IMG/VR virus record: IMGVR_UViG_2648501839_000008 | Length of the DNA: 64,000 nucleotides | Strand: one strand, 5' to 3' | Source of the DNA: a virus | Lineage: Duplodnaviria > Heunggongvirae > Uroviricota > Caudoviricetes | Shown: piece by piece, positions 57,607 through 64,000 of the stretch | Position numbering within the stretch: the stretch's first letter is position 1 | How the letters are laid out: each line of letters starts with the position of its first letter | The notes under the pieces: model-generated | Seen by the model: the letters and a program-made list of their open reading frames with translations, nothing else | Databases searched by the model: none | Told to the model about the DNA's origin: nothing | Position numbers and translations under genes: made by a program

Positions 57607-58160
57607 TACGATGCCTCTAACTTATCTAACTCTTTCAGCCCTTCACGTACCGCGTTCACAATGCGTTCCAGATACTGGTATTTCGGGTTTGGTACCGTTG
57701 GCCAGTCGGCATACCACGGATCATCACCAAAGAGATTCAGCAGTTTGTTACCGACGCCGAAACAACAGCAGCTTTCTTTTACGTCATCGGCGTTTTCCGC
57801 CTCGTCCCACATTTCACGAGCCAGTACGGCGTCGATTTCTCTCTCTCTTCGTAACTTTATGATTTCTGACTTCACGAAAAGCAGATTTGCATCGTTGTCA
57901 TCGTCGACCGTGCTTCGCAGTTGAGAGTCGAAATAGCCGATTAGATACTCGTTGCTGACCCGCTTAATGAACGTCTGCACATCATCACCGCCCATAGCAA
58001 ACCAAGCCGCAGTCCACGCTTTTCCGTAGCAGATGATGGTGATTCTTCCCTTACCAGGTTCGTAGTTTTCAATCATTACTCGAACCGGATCGAGGCGTTC
58101 CAGATCCGTCAGCACAAAGGAAAGAACATCTATTTTTTCGACCTTCATGCAGCCTCCCAC
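57606..58160 (-). CDS. Hypothetical protein (184 aa)
   Basis: ORF track. Confidence 0.35.
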   Translation of the reverse strand: MGGCMKVEKIDVLSFVLTDLERLDPVRVMIENYEPGKGRITIICYGKAWTAAWFAMGGDDVQTFIKRVSNEYLIGYFDSQLRSTVDDDNDANLLFVKSEIIKLRREREIDAVLAREMWDEAENADDVKESCCCFGVGNKLLNLFGDDPWYADWPTVPNPKYQYLERIVNAVREGLKELDKLEAS

Positions 58161-58786
58161 GCGCTCCAGATCAGCGATTTGTGTTTTTCATAACGTTTGA
58201 TGTGTACCGGTTTCAGAAGCGCAATACCTTCAGTGACTTTCGCCATTGCGCTTAATAGCAACGGGTGTTCTATTCCTATCCTCTCCATGTACTCGACAAC
58301 ATCAGCGTTGGCACCAATCTCTTTGCCGTGAAAGAGTACGTCCAGCATCAGTTCTTTCTCTGCGAGGTAGACAGCTGAAAACTCGGGATCGCGACTCACG
58401 ATAGAAGAGGTATTGTCGAGCAGGTCAGCCAGCTTGATCATGCGCGTCTGCATGTCGAGATTTTGCTCCAGCTCCAGGACATTGATGATGAAACGCTGTA
58501 TTCGATTGCCGTCTTCTGGCCTTGCAATGTTGGTCAGAGCCTGAACCATTTCAGCTACGCGCTCACCGAAGTGATCACGAACCATCTCTATGGTTACATG
58601 GGTGTCTTCGACCACATCATGCAGAAGCGCCGCGATTTGCATCTCCACGGTTCCGTCATGCAATGCAACAATCTCTCGGACAGCAACCGGGTGGTTGATG
58701 TAGTCTTCGCCGGTATATTTTCTTTTCTGACCAACGCCACCATGAGCGCCAGCGGCGAACATATGAGCTTCGGAAATACTAGACAT
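58145..58786 (-). CDS. HD-domain hydrolase, SpoT/RelA-hydrolase-like (small alarmone hydrolase candidate)
   Basis: ...HPVAVREIVALHDGTVEMQIAALLHDVVEDT... matches the HD motif arrangement of (p)ppGpp hydrolase domains. Confidence 0.55.
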   Translation of the reverse strand: MSSISEAHMFAAGAHGGVGQKRKYTGEDYINHPVAVREIVALHDGTVEMQIAALLHDVVEDTHVTIEMVRDHFGERVAEMVQALTNIARPEDGNRIQRFIINVLELEQNLDMQTRMIKLADLLDNTSSIVSRDPEFSAVYLAEKELMLDVLFHGKEIGANADVVEYMERIGIEHPLLLSAMAKVTEGIALLKPVHIKRYEKHKSLIWSAWEAA

Positions 58787-58795
58787 TCTTAACTC

Positions 58796-58854
58796 CGTTG
58801 TTTTCTAGTTGTGGTTATTTTCACAAATAAGAAAAGGTAGAAAACAATTTATTT
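58796..58854 (-). promoter_or_regulatory. Class-A sites upstream of the nine-gene early operon
   Basis: ccgttgttttct + gttgtggttattttcac + gaaaacaatttattt. Confidence 0.5.
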
Positions 58855-58905
58855 AAGGCCACAACTTATGGCCTTTATTTATTCATGCCGAAGGATTTGT
58901 AGCGT

Positions 58906-59286
58906 CTAATTGCCGGATAAAATGGGGTGAGGTGCTTGCCAGTAGGCTCCACCGGTCCATGTGAACCCCATGCGAATAAGAGTGTTTATTGCGGCTTTGG
59001 TAGACTCCGATTCGACACTGGCTTTTCGAAACTCTTGAACCTCTTTCGCCAACTTGTATGTAATTGTGCAGGGGACGATTGCAGCCCAGCCTTTCTCATG
59101 ACTGTTAATGACCATCTGGATGTGACCATCCAGAATAGGTTGATTAGGCATGTTATTGAAAATGTCTGCCTGTTTTTGAATGTGAAGAAAAAGCCTTGCC
59201 AGCTCCATTTGCTCACTACGAGACAAGGGATTATCAAGAGGGCTTTTTGCAAAAGCGGCTATACGCTGTGCGTCAATGCCAAACAT
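58906..59286 (-). CDS. Hypothetical protein (126 aa)
   Basis: ORF track. Confidence 0.35.
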   Translation of the reverse strand: MFGIDAQRIAAFAKSPLDNPLSRSEQMELARLFLHIQKQADIFNNMPNQPILDGHIQMVINSHEKGWAAIVPCTITYKLAKEVQEFRKASVESESTKAAINTLIRMGFTWTGGAYWQAPHPILSGN

Positions 59287-59990
59287 CAGCGCACCTCACC
59301 ATCTTTATGGCTGGAGTTAACTTCCGCCATTAAATGTCTGACGTAATCGACAAGAGAGCCACCTGGTGGAATCTGGCATTCCTCAACTAACTGGAAGTAG
59401 ATATCCGCTGCATTACGTGTATTGCTACCCGCACATATTCTTTCTTCCCGAAGTGCATGAAGCTCGTTGATCAAACGGTCACACTCTCCGTTACGCTGAT
59501 CCACAACGGCCTCAAGCTCTGCGACGCGTTCACCTGGCGTCTTACCTTCTTTGCGTTGGATGGTAACGACGAAATCGCCAATTGCAGAGACGTTGTAATC
59601 CAGCTCAAGGTAGTTTTTGGCACCGCTGCGGACGAACTCACCCGCGAACATGGTGGCGAACATCGCAGAGGCCACTTCGCCGTTGAAAAGTGACTCAAGA
59701 TCTAACGGAGTCCCGGCAGCAAGAGCCTCTTTTGCTGTATCCATTGCATCCATGAACCGATCAAACTCACTAGCGCGCTTTTCCAGGTCTTTCCATTGCT
59801 CGCTCCAACGTTTGGCAACGAAGTCTATGAATGTTTTCGCGGATTCATCAAAATTCCCCTCAAACTTAACGATGCCTTTATCAATAATGATCTGGCCTAC
59901 CGCATCCTCTGCATAACCTTTCAATGTAAACTTGAAAGGAAAATCAGAATGGCCTGTGACGTTAAAATGCTCTAACTGGAGGTTGTTCAT
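59286..59990 (-). CDS. Hypothetical protein (234 aa)
   Basis: ORF track. Confidence 0.35.
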   Translation of the reverse strand: MNNLQLEHFNVTGHSDFPFKFTLKGYAEDAVGQIIIDKGIVKFEGNFDESAKTFIDFVAKRWSEQWKDLEKRASEFDRFMDAMDTAKEALAAGTPLDLESLFNGEVASAMFATMFAGEFVRSGAKNYLELDYNVSAIGDFVVTIQRKEGKTPGERVAELEAVVDQRNGECDRLINELHALREERICAGSNTRNAADIYFQLVEECQIPPGGSLVDYVRHLMAEVNSSHKDGEVR

Positions 59991-60032
59991 GTGTTTTTCT
60001 CTTATCGTTTAGCCACTAAATTCTTACACAAA

Positions 60033-60053
60033 TTAAGTAAGTATTTACCTATC
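60033..60053 (-). promoter_or_regulatory. Class-B palindromic site
   Basis: ttaagtaagtatttacctatc. Confidence 0.4.
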
Positions 60054-61737
60054 ATTTAACGCGTTTGAAAACGTATACGCTGACTGTGATCCCTGTGTCT
60101 TCAAACTCGTTGGTAAACGACTTCCCTCTGGCATAAACGTAATTATCCATCGTCATCCAGTCCAGTATTGGCGCAGTGCCCGGCAATACTGCTACAAGAC
60201 GCCCGCCGACTTTCAGATGCCCCAGCGCAGCCATCGTGTGCTCTCTATGACGACCAAGCGAGTACGGCGGGTTCATAACGATTTTGTCGAACTGATAACC
60301 TGCGTTGTCCTCAGACCACTTTATGAAGTCGCAGCAAATCGTGTTCGTATACCCTTTTCCACGCAGGATATCAGCGAAGAGAGGTGCGATTTCTATGCAG
60401 GTAACATCTTCCAGATCGGCGTTAATATAGGCCAGAAGATCCCCACGTCCGGCTTGAGGCTCCAGCAGCTTCTCACCAGACTTCAATTCAGTGGCTCTGG
60501 CAACGTACTCAGCAATCAAGCGTGGGGTAGGGTAGAACTGGTGTGATTTAGTATCCGGTATTAAACCGGTAGCCACAATCGTATTTAGCGTATGGCCGAT
60601 GTCATACGGGAACTGCCAGTGCTTTTTCTCCTGCACGCCGCCAATGAAGCTCAGTGTGCGCTCAAGCTCTTCCACCTGCGACTTCTGGAGAGCTGAATCA
60701 GAGAAGTACCATACGCCTTTGTCTTTGCTCAATCGCCCGTCACGAAGCGCAGTGCGAACCGGCACAGAGATCGTCTTCTGGATTAACCCGAACTGCTTTG
60801 GTGCCCGTGTTTTTGGCGCAGTTCGGCATGGCGCGGGGATTGCAGCAGGCATACTGTAAGCCAGCACCTCATTCAACTTCCAGGCCACGTCAGGATGTAT
60901 TTCAAAGTGAACGTTGCCGTTCTTGAACATCTTCACGCGCATCAGATTTCCATCGACGTTCATCCAGTCACCGGTCTGGCAGTCGTTTGCCCTATACGCA
61001 GCTGATAGCACCTCAGCAGTGCGGTTGATGGTAATAAATTCTTTGTGCGCGAAGAAATGAAGCAAGACACGCAGATCGTCGATGTAGTCCTCTTTGCGAT
61101 AGTTCACGCTAACGCTGTCCCGCCAGAAATCAGAAATGCAGTCAGCGATTATCAGCCGCTCGCTGAAACCGTTTGTCTTATTTGTCTTGTGCGCAGGACT
61201 CAGCGCCTTAAACAAGCCATACACGCGCTCAGAGAGATATTTGTGCCTGTCATTCAGCAAATTAAGCATCGTGGGTATGACCGTTTCTGCTTTGAACTCC
61301 GGTACACCAACGAACTCTTTAACCTTCATCTGGTAGCCGGTTCTGTCAGTTTTGATGACTTCCTGTTTGCCCTCTATAAACTGCTCGCGCCACTCATCTC
61401 GACGGGAAGCTGGCATGATCAGCAAAACGTTAGTCATGTCCGTGACCTTCCTCCAGTACTCGGCCCAAATATTCTGTTTCACCCATTCCAGATCGACTTT
61501 ATCCAACCAACCTCGATTTAAACGCGAGCGATCTTCATCTGGTCGATGGTTTAGTCTCAGCAGGCGATTAATCATGTTGTGGCGTTCGTCGCCATAAACG
61601 AAGTCGTGTACCTGATACATGAAGGCGATCTCTTTCTCGCACTCGGCCACGATTTCGTGGATGACATTCATTTCCTGACGATAGTCGATAGCCGTGTTTG
61701 AGCTGGCATCGTCGATGATAGAAAGGGCTGTATTCAT
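60052..61737 (-). CDS. N6-adenine DNA methyltransferase with large N-terminal domain
   Basis: Motif I-like LEPQAGRGDLL and motif IV NPPY in the C-terminal about 200 aa; 561 aa. Confidence 0.65.
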   Translation of the reverse strand: MNTALSIIDDASSNTAIDYRQEMNVIHEIVAECEKEIAFMYQVHDFVYGDERHNMINRLLRLNHRPDEDRSRLNRGWLDKVDLEWVKQNIWAEYWRKVTDMTNVLLIMPASRRDEWREQFIEGKQEVIKTDRTGYQMKVKEFVGVPEFKAETVIPTMLNLLNDRHKYLSERVYGLFKALSPAHKTNKTNGFSERLIIADCISDFWRDSVSVNYRKEDYIDDLRVLLHFFAHKEFITINRTAEVLSAAYRANDCQTGDWMNVDGNLMRVKMFKNGNVHFEIHPDVAWKLNEVLAYSMPAAIPAPCRTAPKTRAPKQFGLIQKTISVPVRTALRDGRLSKDKGVWYFSDSALQKSQVEELERTLSFIGGVQEKKHWQFPYDIGHTLNTIVATGLIPDTKSHQFYPTPRLIAEYVARATELKSGEKLLEPQAGRGDLLAYINADLEDVTCIEIAPLFADILRGKGYTNTICCDFIKWSEDNAGYQFDKIVMNPPYSLGRHREHTMAALGHLKVGGRLVAVLPGTAPILDWMTMDNYVYARGKSFTNEFEDTGITVSVYVFKRVK

Positions 61738-61750
61738 AATTACACCATTA

Positions 61751-61784
61751 AATAATTTGTTTTCTGATTGGTGTAATTATCGCA
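61751..61784 (-). promoter_or_regulatory. Class-A site
   Basis: aataatttgttttct + gtgtaattatcgca (TGCGATAAT on the minus strand). Confidence 0.5.
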
Positions 61785-61839
61785 AACTTGAAAAGGCATA
61801 AAAGCTGCATTCATAGGCGTTACAGCAGATTTAAGGCGT

Positions 61840-61861
61840 AAAAATGGGGGCTTTCGCCCCC
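61840..61861 (-). terminator. Rho-independent terminator (minus strand)
   Basis: GGGGGCGAAAGCCCCC followed by ATTTTT on the minus strand. Confidence 0.6.
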
Positions 61862-61878
61862 TGTCGACTGGTGCAGTA

Positions 61879-62445
61879 TTAGAGTGCGTATTGCGTTTTG
61901 TGCGGCTGCTTATTCAAGTCATGGCGATGCGTGAGCTCCCGCATCATGTCTTCAAGGCGACTCTTTGTGTCGTCGAGCTGGTCGGCCATTGCACCTAAAA
62001 GCTGGCGAACGGCCATCGGATCGTCGCTGTTTAGTGATGGCATTTTATAACCTGCTTTAGAAGACATAAGGTTGATTGCAGACATCAACATCGTTAGAGA
62101 GGATTTAAGCCCGGCAATTTCACGATCTTTGCTGGCAATAATCGTCTCACTTTTGTTACCGTCATCAGTTCCTTGAGTCTCGCTCACCATATCCAAAGTC
62201 GCTTGCAACTTATCAGCTCTCTCTTTTTCAGCAAGGTAATGAACACCGAAATGGTGTGCCAAAGCTACAATCTGAGTTGGCTCTTCAAAGGTGGAATTAA
62301 AATTAAGTATTGTAAACAGTCTCTCAAATATGGAAACGTCTTCTATTCCTCGAAGAATGGATAACATTTTGACAAGTTCATTAGCATCCATTTCTTCGAA
62401 TAGGGCGTTTTGTTCATCAGCTATTGCTTTGCATTTCTCGCACAT
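61879..62445 (-). CDS. Hypothetical protein (188 aa)
   Basis: ORF track. Confidence 0.35.
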   Translation of the reverse strand: MCEKCKAIADEQNALFEEMDANELVKMLSILRGIEDVSIFERLFTILNFNSTFEEPTQIVALAHHFGVHYLAEKERADKLQATLDMVSETQGTDDGNKSETIIASKDREIAGLKSSLTMLMSAINLMSSKAGYKMPSLNSDDPMAVRQLLGAMADQLDDTKSRLEDMMRELTHRHDLNKQPHKTQYAL

Positions 62446-62463
62446 GTGTTTTCCTTAATGCTT

Positions 62464-62499
62464 AAACAAGTTGTTTTCTTATTGGTTTTATTGTGATGT
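62464..62499 (-). promoter_or_regulatory. Class-A site
   Basis: aaacaagttgttttct + ttggttttattgtgatg. Confidence 0.5.
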
Positions 62500-62584
62500 G
62501 GCATATAAGGGGAGCAAGCTAAACGTAAAGGTGCAAACTCTCTATTTCGGTCAACGAAACACAAGGGCCAAATGGCCCTTGTCA

Positions 62585-62743
62585 TTAACACTTTGCTTTA
62601 CGAACTAACGGATAAGCGAAGTAGATCGCCAAACCAATGAGGACGCCATCAGAAATGACAGACATCATCTTTCCCGTAAAATCCACCAACACCGCCATCA
62701 CCAGAAGAGCAATGACGATCACAAGCCGGAATCTCTCAAGCAT
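62585..62743 (-). CDS. Small hydrophobic peptide (52 aa, two predicted TM segments), not in the ORF track
   Basis: Hand translation MLERFRLVIVIALLVMAVLVDFTGKMMSVISDGVLIGLAIYFAYPLVRKAKC; ATG overlaps the TerB-like stop (TAATG). Confidence 0.35.
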   Translation of the reverse strand: MLERFRLVIVIALLVMAVLVDFTGKMMSVISDGVLIGLAIYFAYPLVRKAKC

Positions 62744-63168
62744 TAGAGATAAGCATCCAGTGACAACTGAAGCGCCTGGGCGATCTTTTTCAGTGCCTGC
62801 TCTTCTTGTTCACCAATGCCGTCCTGATCGGCAATATCAAGGCACAGACACAGAACATCGACCGCCTCTGGAGTACCCGCAATATCAGACAGCTCACGAA
62901 TAGCCTGTGCATTAGCAGAACGAGGGGACGCTTCGTAACGAGCACGGATATTGGCGCTCATTTGGGCAATTTCACCAGCAAACGGAGAAAACGCAGGCAG
63001 AGCTGCAATTGTCTTCTCAAGAATGGCAATTTCTTTTGCGTCACATGTGCCGTCGGCATAGGAGATCATGTACGCGCCCCACACGGTGGCCTCAACCGCA
63101 TCACGGTTCTCCATTTTTTTGACTTCGATAACTGCTTTACGAGTTTTCTTTTTGAAGAAACCTAACAT
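62743..63168 (-). CDS. TerB-like domain protein
   Basis: 141 aa with TerB-like paired acidic helices (...YADGTCDAKEIAILE... and ...DIADQDGIGEQEEQALKKIAQ...). Confidence 0.45.
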   Translation of the reverse strand: MLGFFKKKTRKAVIEVKKMENRDAVEATVWGAYMISYADGTCDAKEIAILEKTIAALPAFSPFAGEIAQMSANIRARYEASPRSANAQAIRELSDIAGTPEAVDVLCLCLDIADQDGIGEQEEQALKKIAQALQLSLDAYL

Positions 63169-63191
63169 GTGTTTTCCTTTTGTTATTTGTC

Positions 63192-63208
63192 AAAACAAGT
63201 TGTTTTCT
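63192..63208 (-). promoter_or_regulatory. Class-A site
   Basis: aaaacaagttgttttct. Confidence 0.5.
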
Positions 63209-63261
63209 AGTTAAATAAATTGCTTACGCAAAGACGGTCAATGCATATGCACTAACAACCG

Positions 63262-63450
63262 TCAGAAATAACCAAGTACCGAACCGACTGGAAAAATAAA
63301 AATCCCAACTACACGAGCCAAGGTCATGCCAGCCTGAAACTGGAGATCGCCAGAGCAAACAAGTTTTATAATGTTCGATACCCAACCGGCGGCCATGAGG
63401 GCAAGAATTGCCAGCCAAATTTTTCCAAAGTGATTTGAAAACCAGTTCAT
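63262..63450 (-). CDS. Small membrane protein (62 aa)
   Basis: ORF track; two hydrophobic segments. Confidence 0.35.
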   Translation of the reverse strand: MNWFSNHFGKIWLAILALMAAGWVSNIIKLVCSGDLQFQAGMTLARVVGIFIFPVGSVLGYF

Positions 63451-63698
63451 ACAACCGCCTTAGTCACAGCATGATCCTGAGTAACTGGATGAACTTGAGG
63501 TATCGCATCCACCGCCATCCCATCCAGAGTGACAGGACGCTCCACTGGAGTGGTGGTAATTGTCGTCGACGAAGGTGTGGTGATGGATGAATCCGGCATC
63601 AAAAGGCTCTGACCGGCTGGAACGGCTACCGTCGCCAGTGAAACTATAATGAGAACGTAGGCCATTGGTTTCAGCCTCTTTCTTTGAAAATTTTCCAT
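63447..63698 (-). CDS. Small secreted/Thr-rich protein (frame uncertain)
   Basis: ORF track; coupled (ATGA) to the downstream gene; overlaps 63460-63954 in another frame. Confidence 0.25.
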   Translation of the reverse strand: MENFQRKRLKPMAYVLIIVSLATVAVPAGQSLLMPDSSITTPSSTTITTTPVERPVTLDGMAVDAIPQVHPVTQDHAVTKAVV

Positions 63699-63954
63699 TC
63701 GAACTGTCCTTGTTGTTTTTCTCCTTCACTAAAGGCCGTGCATTTTTCGCTTCGCGTGAAGAACCAGAGGCAACAATCGCCCCCACGTTCGCAACAACTG
63801 ACGCTTGATTATCTAAACGTTCATTCAGCAACCGAACGGTAGTCTCTAGTTCATCAAGACGTGACATAACACGACCGCTAAATAATTCGGCCAAAATTTG
63901 ACGTAAAGAACGAGGACGTTTAGTTACAGAAGTGAAATAGGTTTGACGTGCCAT
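63460..63954 (-). CDS. Hypothetical protein (frame conflict with 63447-63698 over the 3' half)
   Basis: ORF track; the N-terminal about 85 codons are unique to this frame. Confidence 0.3.
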   Translation of the reverse strand: MARQTYFTSVTKRPRSLRQILAELFSGRVMSRLDELETTVRLLNERLDNQASVVANVGAIVASGSSREAKNARPLVKEKNNKDSSNGKFSKKEAETNGLRSHYSFTGDGSRSSRSEPFDAGFIHHHTFVDDNYHHSSGASCHSGWDGGGCDTSSSSSYSGSCCD

Positions 63955-64000
63955 GTGGACTCCATCCAGTGTCAGAAAGAGTTGCGGCTGGCGATTGCCA

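Noticed and set aside
1-64000. Integrase or excisionase gene
   Set aside because: No ORF shows tyrosine- or serine-recombinase motifs; the element ends are outside the window, so absence here is not proof

Overview
This 64-kb window is dominated by a temperate siphovirus-type mobile element transcribed almost entirely on the minus strand, with two host housekeeping genes (metG, apbC/mrp; 49846-53137) embedded in the middle. The element carries a lambda-like tail module (major tail protein, G/GT chaperones, a ~1520-aa tape measure, M, L, K, I, a J-like tip protein and two side tail fibers), a head/packaging module (TerS, TerL, portal, scaffold, capsid, Ig-like decoration protein), a lysis cassette with overlapped spanins, a ParA/ParG-type partition cassette and a DnaB-like helicase at the left edge. 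No integrase lies in the window, which fits a phage-plasmid or a large prophage whose ends lie outside the window. Accessory cargo includes a KAP-type P-loop NTPase, a translationally coupled five-gene operon (two ParB-like proteins, ABC ATPase, GNAT, wHTH), a plus-strand SF2 helicase module, an AT-rich three-gene moron, an SOS-box-controlled UmuD-like gene, an HD (SpoT-like) hydrolase, an N6-adenine methyltransferase and a TerB-like gene. Two families of conserved intergenic palindromic motifs (class A, at least 12 sites; class B, at least 11 sites), twin 55-bp palindromes, iteron-like repeats and a 1.5-kb repeat-rich noncoding region stand out. All calls come from reading the sequence and the supplied ORF translations; no database search or HMM scan was run, so family assignments are motif-level and starts are approximate.
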